A stretch of 64,000 nucleotides of DNA from assembly GCA_000004985.1 (NCBI GenBank), contig GG738885.1; one strand, given 5' to 3'. The position numbers and the translations under genes are program-made. Every line of letters starts with the position of its first letter. The stretch's first letter is position 1. Positions 56,276-64,000 of this stretch are shown one piece after another. The notes below the pieces were generated by a model. It did not search any database and was not told where the DNA came from. It saw only the letters and a list, made by a program, of their open reading frames with translations. The stretch comes from Naegleria gruberi (Eukaryota).

Positions 56276-58465
56276 ATGAATGAAGATGTTTGTCTTTTAA
56301 AGATTATTCCAACAGCAGAAGAAGTACAAAATGAAGATTGCATTGAAATTGGAGCTTCCAAATTTGGTGGTTGTCCTGATTTACCAGATTCTATCAATTG
56401 GCCACAAGGAATTGACTCAAATCCTGCCAAATTCATTGCTCAAATCAATTTGCATGATTTGAGATTTTATCACAGTCCAAAAGGTGTTTTACCTCAAAAG
56501 GGATGGTTATTCTTTTTTGTTGGAGTGGACAATGCAAATCATTCACAAGATATGAAACAAGTATTTAGTTTTTATTGGAATGGATCAAGGGATGAAATGA
56601 AAAGAAGATTATCATCCACATTTGAAACTCCAACTCGATTGATTTTTGATGAAAATTCTGAACAAGTGGAGAATGATTATCCAGATAGCTTTTCTTTTTA
56701 TTCGAATCCAATTCAATTGTTTGGACATTCACTCTTTGTGACCTATCCAATCACTACAATGCTATTGTATGCATCTGGTTATGTATTCTTTTTGGAAAGT
56801 GAAATTGAGGTAAGAAAGAGAAAGGGAATTCAATCCCTAATTAACAGATATGAAAGAAGGGGAACAACTGATTATATTTCACCAACGAATATTTCAATTC
56901 TATCACAAGAAGCATATGATAACAGTGGTCAAAGTAACACCTTCTTAACATTTGATTCAACTGCGTTGATTTTTAAGAGATATAGCTCTGTATATCAGAG
57001 TAGAGTTACTGATTGGGATACAAATTCATTTCTGCCACCATTTGTTAAGAGGCACGAACCAAGTAGAGAAAATGAACAGGAAACTGTTAAGTTTTGGAGA
57101 AGAAGTGAAATACTGACTCCTGGTCAAGTGATTTCACCTCCTAAAAAATTGATTACTGCTAATTTTATAACAGAGGATCCGATCAAAACTTCAGTAGACG
57201 AATCTCTTCCTGATACAATTTTAAATAAGGACAAGTGTTTTAGAATTAGTTCTATACTAGCACCAGAAGAATGTGCAGCATTAAGAGTTGCATCTTTACC
57301 TTTCTATACTAATATCCAATCTGAATATCCGAAAGAATATAGAAATTGTGAGAGAGCTCTTTTAAAAAGTCAAAAGTTAGCCGACTTGTTGTGGGAACGA
57401 ATTAAGCCATACCTCAATGAGAATGATTTTAAGAATGTGCTACCCTATGGTTTTGATAATAATGGAGTGTGGAAACCAATGGAAATTAATCCGTGCTTTC
57501 GTTTTTCAGCTTACAAACCAGACACTTATTTCAAACCTCATAAGGATGCACAATTTGTTAGAAATGATAATGAAAAGAGCATTTTCACACTTCTTATTTA
57601 TTTGAATGGAGTAAATCAAGGTGGTTCCACAACGTTCCTTCAAAAGATAAGAGATCAAGAAGCTGAGGATGGATCTGGAATGACCTTTAGAGTTTTACAT
57701 GATGAAAACCCTGAGGAAGGTTCTGTCATACTATTCAATCATGATCTCTATCATCAAGGTTCTGTTGTACGATATGAAAAGATTGTATTGAGAACTGAGA
57801 TTATATTTAAGAGAGTTGATGCATTGAGTGTTCCTCGTTCTGACTATAGAAATACAGAGGAATATGTCAAAGTTAGACAATTAATTGAGGAATCGAATGA
57901 ACTGGAAAAGCAAGGAGATACCAAGCAATCTCTGTTGAAATACCTTCATGCATTGGATTTACAAACTAACATGTCTCCATCTCTTCAATGGTCAGATTTG
58001 AGTAAGAAGAGCAATGTAGAAAGATTACCTGAGGAAATTATTGGAATAATTTGCTCCTTCTTAACAAGTAGAGAAATTGCTAGACAAATGATTCCTCTCT
58101 CTATTTTATTGAACTCTTATTCTAGAAGTCCAATCATTTGGAAGGAGAAATATTATCAAGAGTGGCATCATTCTTCGAATCCTGAAATTGAATACGAAGA
58201 CAATAGTAATCTTGATGATTTGGTTGTTTACTTTAGTGATAATGGAATGCCAGTGGAATGTAATCGAAATGAAATAATTTACAATGAAAATTCTAAGGAA
58301 TACAAGGATTGGTATGCAATGTTCATTTCAAGAAAGTATATGGATTTGTTCTGGTCTCCTGTTCTACTTGATCCAGGAACTTCTTCCTATCGTTATTCTC
58401 TACAAAATTCAGAGACTGCAGATAAGGATATTATGGTATGTGGTAAACCACATCATCCACAGTAA
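56276..58465 (+). CDS. Multidomain ORF (729 codons): DUF1963 (YwqG-like), prolyl-4-hydroxylase-like 2OG-Fe(II) oxygenase, F-box, and at the extreme C-terminus the N-terminus of an actin-related protein.
   Basis: DUF1963 IGASKFGGCPDLPDSINWPQG...FIAQINLHDL...LPQKGWLFFFVG. P4Hc YFKPHKDAQF (HxD), TLLIYLNGVNQGGSTTF, VILFNHDLYHQGSVVRYEKIVLRTEIIFK. F-box LPEEIIGIICSFLTSREIARQMIPLSILLNSY...IW. Then MDLFWSPVLLDPGTSSYRYSL...DIMVCGKPHHP resembles the actin N-terminus. No stop codon interrupts this frame. Confidence 0.6.
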   Translation: MNEDVCLLKIIPTAEEVQNEDCIEIGASKFGGCPDLPDSINWPQGIDSNPAKFIAQINLHDLRFYHSPKGVLPQKGWLFFFVGVDNANHSQDMKQVFSFYWNGSRDEMKRRLSSTFETPTRLIFDENSEQVENDYPDSFSFYSNPIQLFGHSLFVTYPITTMLLYASGYVFFLESEIEVRKRKGIQSLINRYERRGTTDYISPTNISILSQEAYDNSGQSNTFLTFDSTALIFKRYSSVYQSRVTDWDTNSFLPPFVKRHEPSRENEQETVKFWRRSEILTPGQVISPPKKLITANFITEDPIKTSVDESLPDTILNKDKCFRISSILAPEECAALRVASLPFYTNIQSEYPKEYRNCERALLKSQKLADLLWERIKPYLNENDFKNVLPYGFDNNGVWKPMEINPCFRFSAYKPDTYFKPHKDAQFVRNDNEKSIFTLLIYLNGVNQGGSTTFLQKIRDQEAEDGSGMTFRVLHDENPEEGSVILFNHDLYHQGSVVRYEKIVLRTEIIFKRVDALSVPRSDYRNTEEYVKVRQLIEESNELEKQGDTKQSLLKYLHALDLQTNMSPSLQWSDLSKKSNVERLPEEIIGIICSFLTSREIARQMIPLSILLNSYSRSPIIWKEKYYQEWHHSSNPEIEYEDNSNLDDLVVYFSDNGMPVECNRNEIIYNENSKEYKDWYAMFISRKYMDLFWSPVLLDPGTSSYRYSLQNSETADKDIMVCGKPHHPQ

Positions 58466-59435
58466 GTTATTGAAATATTTTCCTAACTAAATTAATTAAC
58501 AACTTTTCAGTTTCAATTTACCAGGATTTGGTATGTACGACATTCTTGCAGGGAGTAGAGCAGCAAACATTAGGAATTCACATTTGATATCTCGTCTTCC
58601 TCTTGTTGATGCTTGTGGAAGAATTGAAGATTATTTAAATTTCAAGACTTTCCTATTTCAATTATATGAAAATGACTTGAACGTCAAATTTCAAACACAT
58701 CCACTTGTGTTAGCTGTCCCATTTTCTTGGACAGAGAAAGATATTTTGATGGTTAAAAGAATAATTAATGAGCTTGGAATTCAGCTATCATGTCTAATAG
58801 ACTCTTCCAAATTGATTGCTTACAATTATTCGAAACCTAATTGTATTTTATTGAATATTTCAGCAAGTGGTACTGCTTGTGTACCAATCAGAAACTATGA
58901 GCCACTGAATGAAATGAAAATATTTGAGCCATTCAATGTTTCTTCCATTCCTCATTCTATGAATTTTTGGGATAATATTTATGGAGCTCTCAGAGTAGTA
59001 CTGATGGTGCCTCCAACCCCACTGGAACAATACGAAACAATGAAGGAAAAGTGGGAAGGTATCACTTATGGAACTAATTATGGAGTGGAGGTGAATTATA
59101 ATCAACATGTATTTGAGGCAGAAACTTTACTTACTATTGGAAACCAATTGTTTGTTAATGCATTCAAAGTATTGAGAAAAACAATTAAATCTCTACAGAT
59201 TAACAGTGATAGTATTGAGGATGTTTTAATTTGTGGCGGGTTTTCCTCAATACACGGCATGAAAGATAGATTAACACGTGAAATTAGAGAAATCTATCCT
59301 AATCTCAATTTGGAATTCAAATCTGATGAAATGGAAGTTATTGGCGGTGCTAAAATAATTTGTAACTTAGCAAAATTTAAACAACAACTTGAAGCGTTCC
59401 AATTAGACAACAATAAATTGCTTAATTTAAGTTGA
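58340..59435 (+). CDS. Divergent actin-related protein. Exons about 58340..58461 and 58511..59435 (49-nt intron). Alternatively this is the C-terminal domain of the preceding ORF.
   Basis: Spliced: MDLFWSPVLLDPGTSSYRYSLQNSETADKDIMVCGKPHHP-H-FNLPGFGMYDILAGSRAANIRNSHLISRLPLVDACGRIEDYLNFKTFLFQLYENDLNVKFQTHPLVLAVP... is collinear with actin (LVVDNGSG..., YVGDEAQ, LKYPIEHGII.NWDDMEKIWHH.F, HPVLLTEAP). The C-terminal half has DVLICGGFSSIHGMKDRLTREI and IGGAKII. Confidence 0.6.
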
Positions 59436-59511
59436 AAGTTTGTTCCAAAAGTGTAAATTACAGTAATTCACGATAGAATTAAACGAAAGAATAGTTTACA
59501 ATAAAATCCGT

Positions 59512-61626
59512 TTAAGGGTTTACATCTGTTATGTGTTTCGTGTAGGATTGAACTGATTCCCATTTTTTGTAAGTAGAGGTTTCTTGTAATCTCTTAAATG
59601 TATCAGATAGGTTTAGCAATAAATCAGGTCCTAAACAATCCCACAGTCTTTCGTATCCTATTTGCCCATCTTTATCACAATCTTTCATCAAAGCATAAAA
59701 CTCCTTCTTACAAACTGATGGAATATTCACTTCAAACTTGGAATAAGGTTGTATAAACTGACTTTCAATATCTTTCATGTCTGTTAACCTTACAACATTA
59801 CTCTCCTTCAATGATTTCAAAATAATATATAATTCATAATTCTCTGAGCTAAACTCCTTCTGACAATATTCCTTAAAAATCTTCAATATTTCAGAATTTT
59901 CCAATTCAATTTCTAAACTTTCATTCTTTTTCACATTTCTATTGGCTATCATTTTGTATATCTCAATAATTAGAACATTCCCACCACTCAATAACGTAAA
60001 ACTAAAACAAGCCAGAGTGTTGAATATTCCTGCCAAAATTTGAACAATATACGTATTTGATGAATCTACTAACAAATTTTCTAAACCTGATGTAATAGCA
60101 ATGATGACAGGAAGGATTAAAGTGAGAAGATCGACTCTAAGATAAAAAGGATCGTCATAGAAAAAGAATTTTCTCAAACCATCTCGAATAATAGATTTTC
60201 TTTGAGTAATGACATCATATATTACGCTCACTAATCCAATAATCCAGAGCAGGATAAGTAAAACCAATATTACAACTGGTCTATAAATATCAGCCAATGA
60301 CTTATCTTCATTAATGAAGAAAAATGTACTGACACAATTTACAATAATGGACAAGAAAAAAGTCATGACGACTGTCATTAGGAAACCACCTTTCTTAGAA
60401 GCCATCATTTTCAATAATTTCTCTCTTTTTGGGAATCTAACTATCAGAGAATATAGATTCCTCAAAAAATAAAATTGTGCAATTGTTGTAATATATATAA
60501 AAAACCACCAGATCATTACCAATAAGGAAACACTATACCAGAATCCAACACATGTCCTAGATAAACCCGTGAATGTTATCATTAGAGAAAATCCTAATAG
60601 TGAACAGTATGGCAATCCAATTCTTCTGATCATTGCAGGCTTTTTGTAAAGTTTCAATCCAAAGAACAAAACAAAGTAAGAAAATACAATCAAGAATTGA
60701 GGTATAATCCAATAATCTAGAACTGGAGAGAAATCCTCACCAAAGCAGCCACTTGTCTCACACATATAGCATGTTGAAGGCAAAAGTAAAGAGGAAATTG
60801 AATAGTACGAAAGATCTGTAAAATTTGAAGAGAATTTTCCAACTTGTTGAGAAATTATAGAATAATTAGCACTTATTTGAGTTCTTCCTGTAACCCCTTG
60901 TATTATTAGAAGATCTGTTTGTGAAAAGTTTGAATATCCAGAAAGCCATCTAAAATTTTGAGCATCTGATACGTCTGGACCATCTAAACATGAAGTTTGT
61001 TCATAATCAAATAAAGAACTGTCAAGTGTTAATGATTTGATTGTAGAAAATGAATAAACTTCGTATGGAATCAGTGGAAAGGCCACAAAATCACTAGTTT
61101 CCATAAATTTACCATCTGTCATTTGTACATCCCTGTAAAATCTCACATAGAAGGAGAAAATATAAGGATCCAGTAAAATAGAATCATACTTTCGCATGTA
61201 ATTTCTTCTCTGGCACATGTCTACGTGTAAATAAATGTTCGAGAAGGTTGATGTTGTAGATGAATCTCCTTTTGTAATAGGTATTTGATAAATACCAAAG
61301 AATTTGGTTAGGTACTTGGTAAATTCAGGTCTTGTGCCAACTGTCAGTTTGTTGTTTTTCAACCAATTCATAATAAAATTTCGTGTTTCATCGTGATTAT
61401 TCATAGATGCAATAACAGTCTGTTCATTGGATGTGAATTTGTTTTTCCACACAAAGAGTATTAGAAAAGTTCTTACACCAACAATTGTATCTCCATTCTT
61501 GATAGAAGAAAGCAGTGAAGAAGTTTGAGCGTGGGTCACACCATTCTTTCTTTCACATTGAACTATTGAACAAAACGTGATTAGAAGTATGATGAAATAC
61601 ACTAGTGTTTGTGTTGTTTTTTTCAT
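59512..61626 (-). CDS. Seven-transmembrane protein with cleavable signal peptide, about 300-aa extracellular N-terminal domain and C-terminal RGS domain (7TM-RGS).
   Basis: Signal MKKTTQTLVYFIILLITFCSIVQC. Seven hydrophobic helices between residues about 300 and 560. RGS box FKEYCQKEFSSENYELYIILKSLKE...FIQPYSKFEVNIPSVCKKEF. Confidence 0.75.
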   Translation of the reverse strand: MKKTTQTLVYFIILLITFCSIVQCERKNGVTHAQTSSLLSSIKNGDTIVGVRTFLILFVWKNKFTSNEQTVIASMNNHDETRNFIMNWLKNNKLTVGTRPEFTKYLTKFFGIYQIPITKGDSSTTSTFSNIYLHVDMCQRRNYMRKYDSILLDPYIFSFYVRFYRDVQMTDGKFMETSDFVAFPLIPYEVYSFSTIKSLTLDSSLFDYEQTSCLDGPDVSDAQNFRWLSGYSNFSQTDLLIIQGVTGRTQISANYSIISQQVGKFSSNFTDLSYYSISSLLLPSTCYMCETSGCFGEDFSPVLDYWIIPQFLIVFSYFVLFFGLKLYKKPAMIRRIGLPYCSLLGFSLMITFTGLSRTCVGFWYSVSLLVMIWWFFIYITTIAQFYFLRNLYSLIVRFPKREKLLKMMASKKGGFLMTVVMTFFLSIIVNCVSTFFFINEDKSLADIYRPVVILVLLILLWIIGLVSVIYDVITQRKSIIRDGLRKFFFYDDPFYLRVDLLTLILPVIIAITSGLENLLVDSSNTYIVQILAGIFNTLACFSFTLLSGGNVLIIEIYKMIANRNVKKNESLEIELENSEILKIFKEYCQKEFSSENYELYIILKSLKESNVVRLTDMKDIESQFIQPYSKFEVNIPSVCKKEFYALMKDCDKDGQIGYERLWDCLGPDLLLNLSDTFKRLQETSTYKKWESVQSYTKHITDVNP

Positions 61627-61788
61627 ATTTACCCTTGTCTAGAATGTGACTGTTCGAACAACGTTAAGATATCAAATTTCACATTTAATTTAATTGTTGC
61701 ACTTTAGGATATCACTACTAAAAAAACTTTGAACTTCTCCTTTTGAAATTGCTGTACTAATTAAGCATTGTATTAAGACCTATTTTTC

Positions 61789-63268
61789 TTATTGATATTT
61801 AGCAAAAAGTAAACTCGAGTTTGTTCCGCCAAATCCAAACGAATTACATAAGGCAGCTCTCACATTAGTGTTGCATGATTGACCTTTAACAATTTGAATA
61901 TTTGATTTTTCTATACCTGTCAAATCATCATCCAGAGTTTCAAAATTAAGAGTTGGTGGAATAGAGTTATTGTAAATTGAAAGAACAGTTCCCACAGATT
62001 CTACTGCACCTGCTGCTCCAAGCATGTGTCCAAGAGATCCTTTCATGCTATTCACATATACAGTTTGTCCACTTTCTGCGAACAGGGATTGGATAGCTTG
62101 CAACTCTACTTTATCACCTGCTGGGGTGCTTGTTGCATGACAATTTACATGGTCAATATCATTCAAATTAATATCTACAATTGAATCATTCAAAGCATTC
62201 TTCATAGCTGTTATGGCTGCTCTACCATCTGGTGAAGGTGTAGTAGGGTGATAAGCATCAGCTGCTGTTCCATACCCAACAATTTCTGCGTAGATTCTTG
62301 CTCCTCTCTCTAAGGCGTGGTCCAATTCTTCCAAGACCAAACAACCTGCTCCTTCTGACATTACAAAACCATCTCTACTTTTATCAAATGGTCTACTCGA
62401 TGTTTGTGGATCTGTAATACCAGACAATGCTCTTGCTCTTGCAAATCCAACATAGAATATTGGATAGTAAGAATTTTCACATCCTCCAGCAAGCATAATT
62501 TTACCTTGACCATATTTGATAAATTGGAATGCCTCTCCAATGCTATGAGCTCCTGTAGCACATGCAGTTGAGCAACTAACCATTGGACCTTGTAAATCGT
62601 GTTGCATAGCAATATAACCAGCTGCCATATTGTTCAAAATACGTGGATAAAATACTGGGCTAACCTTTGTATGTTTCTGAATGATTTGCTTTCTAATGTT
62701 TTATATTACATTGGAAACTTACCAAGCTTTCAACCATTGTAAATGCTTCTCCAATTTCAGCTGCAGCTCCAAGAGAAGAGCCCACAGAAACACCAATACT
62801 ACTTCTATCTTTAATTGACTTGATATCCAATCCAGAATCGATAATAGCTTGATAAGCAGAAACCATACCAAATTGAATAAATTTTGATAATCTAGATTTT
62901 GTAATACTCTTATCTCTATTTGTTGATTCTGTAAATGCAAGACATTTTTCAATTGATTGATCCAACTCTGATTGATCGATAAATCCACCAATACGATTTG
63001 AAATCTTACTCCAAATATTTTGTTCATTCTCAGTCATATTTTCGATTGGTACTGTTCTAATACCACACTTTAAAGAATTTAATTCACTCCACATCTTTTC
63101 AACAGAATTTCCGAGTGGAGAAACAACACCCAAGCCTGTAACAACAACTCTTTTAGGCTTTGGAATTTCCTTCTTTACATTAAATGAATACTTTCTATAG
63201 TGTGTATTATGAGCATTGATAAGTTTAAATGATATTGATTTTCTATTCATCATTTTACTATTGAACAT
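61789..63268 (-). CDS. Mitochondrial 3-oxoacyl-[acyl-carrier-protein] synthase (KAS II / OXSM / CEM1-like). Exons 63268..62723 and 62676..61789.
   Basis: GPMVSCSTACATGAHSIGEAF (active-site Cys), HATSTPAGD, GHMLGAAGAVE, NSFGFGGTN. The intron gtaagt...attcag is 46 nt; an alternative acceptor 12 nt upstream would give a 34-nt intron. The N-terminus MFNSKMMNRKSISFKLINAHNTHYRKYSF looks like a presequence. Confidence 0.85.
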
Positions 63269-63379
63269 GTTCCGGATTTAATTTGATCAAATTAAATATT
63301 ATTAAAAATTCTGTGGTGTAAGCTTGATTATTCAAATTTTTTTTAAAATCTAAAAATACAAAAATCAAATATTAAAAAA

Positions 63380-63769
63380 ATGAGTTATTATGGCAACTAT
63401 CCAGCTCATCACGGCTATGGCGGATATCAACCAAACATGATGCAACCTCCACAACAGCAACAACAACAATATGAAGATGAAGAGGATCATGGAAATAATG
63501 TTGCTGACGAATCCGATGTTATTCCAACTCATTTTAGACAATTGAGAGCTTGTTTGACTTGTGGTCTTGTTAAAACTACTGATCAATTTAAACAAAATGG
63601 ATGCGAAAATTGTCCAAAGGATAATGATACGCTTTCTAATACAACAACATCATTTGAAGGATTAATTACATTGATGAATCCACAAAAGAGTTGGGTCGCT
63701 AGGTATCAAAACTTGCAAGACAAAGTTGAAGGAGTTTATGCAATCACTGTTCACGGACAACAAAATTAA
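63380..63769 (+). CDS. SPT4: Transcription elongation factor SPT4 (DSIF small subunit) with Q-rich N-terminal extension.
   Basis: LRACLTCGLVKTTDQFKQNGCENCP (C4 zinc finger), FEGLITLMNPQKSWVARYQNL...GVYAITVHG matches Spt4. Confidence 0.8.
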   Translation: MSYYGNYPAHHGYGGYQPNMMQPPQQQQQQYEDEEDHGNNVADESDVIPTHFRQLRACLTCGLVKTTDQFKQNGCENCPKDNDTLSNTTTSFEGLITLMNPQKSWVARYQNLQDKVEGVYAITVHGQQN

Positions 63770-64000
63770 TACTAGGAAAAAATTTCATCAATTTGTAAAT
63801 AAATCGTCATAATCATCATTTCCGAATCAATTATTATCATGGTGTAATCTTCAATAATAATTAAATAATTAATGTTGAAGAACCGCCCAATTTATTGTTA
63901 TTTAAAAATTTAAAATAATAAAATTTGGCTTTAAAAAATATTTGAAAGGCTCCCGTTGATTGTTGCCAAGGAAATAATTCATCATGTTGGTGGTTATTTC

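Noticed and set aside
1-64000. Prokaryotic-style interpretation (operons, RBS, phage/defence islands).
   Set aside because: Multiple genes only make sense after removing GT..AG introns (RAD50 Walker A, CDK, P450 heme loop, KAS, Rab). The 5S genes are eukaryote-type with Pol III T-run terminators, and proteins such as IFT56, copine, nucleoporin and SPT4 are eukaryote-specific.
1-64000. tRNA genes and transposable elements.
   Set aside because: A scan for B-box-like GGTTCGANTCC motifs and for terminal inverted repeats, LTRs, or transposase/RT/integrase-like ORFs found nothing convincing. The only repeat families seen are the 5S copies, the about 88-nt repeat near 47.1/48.1 kb and the intragenic FG duplication.

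Overview
The window is eukaryotic nuclear DNA, roughly two-thirds A+T, gene-dense on both strands (about 40 genes in 64 kb). Genes carry short GT..AG spliceosomal introns (mostly 40-80 nt, one of 253 nt) and use the standard genetic code; TAA/TGA terminate ORFs. Many proteins have N-, Q- and S-rich low-complexity tracts. An IFT56/TTC26 orthologue implies a ciliated or flagellated organism. Confidently recognised genes: RAD50, an ABCA-type transporter (5'-truncated by the window edge), copine, an RBM5/RBM10-like splicing factor, a CDK10/11-like kinase, thymidylate kinase, RPL14e, mitochondrial L20, dephospho-CoA kinase, a mitochondrial 3-oxoacyl-ACP synthase, a CYP7/8/39-clan cytochrome P450, a Rab GTPase, SPT4, a REEP-family protein, an FG-repeat nucleoporin, a 7TM-RGS protein, two divergent actin-related proteins, and a divergent di-ubiquitin. 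Three dispersed 5S rRNA genes sit at 41.7, 44.2 and 47.2 kb in alternating orientation, with a truncated 5S-like fragment at 43.6 kb. I found no prokaryotic operons, CRISPR arrays, transposons or tRNA genes. The most unusual observations are: (1) a 729-codon uninterrupted ORF combining DUF1963, a prolyl-4-hydroxylase-like 2OG oxygenase and an F-box, and running directly into an actin-related protein; (2) the interspersed 5S mini-cluster, each copy placed just downstream of a same-strand protein gene and sharing an upstream GAGATA box; (3) a 5-nt micro-exon encoding the P-loop Gly-Lys of dephospho-CoA kinase; (4) a SAM plus LRAT/NlpC-P60-like fusion gene; (5) ubiquitin repeats unusually divergent from the canonical sequence. 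The ORF-track start codons are often GTG/TTG artefacts; I moved starts to ATG where I could see one.
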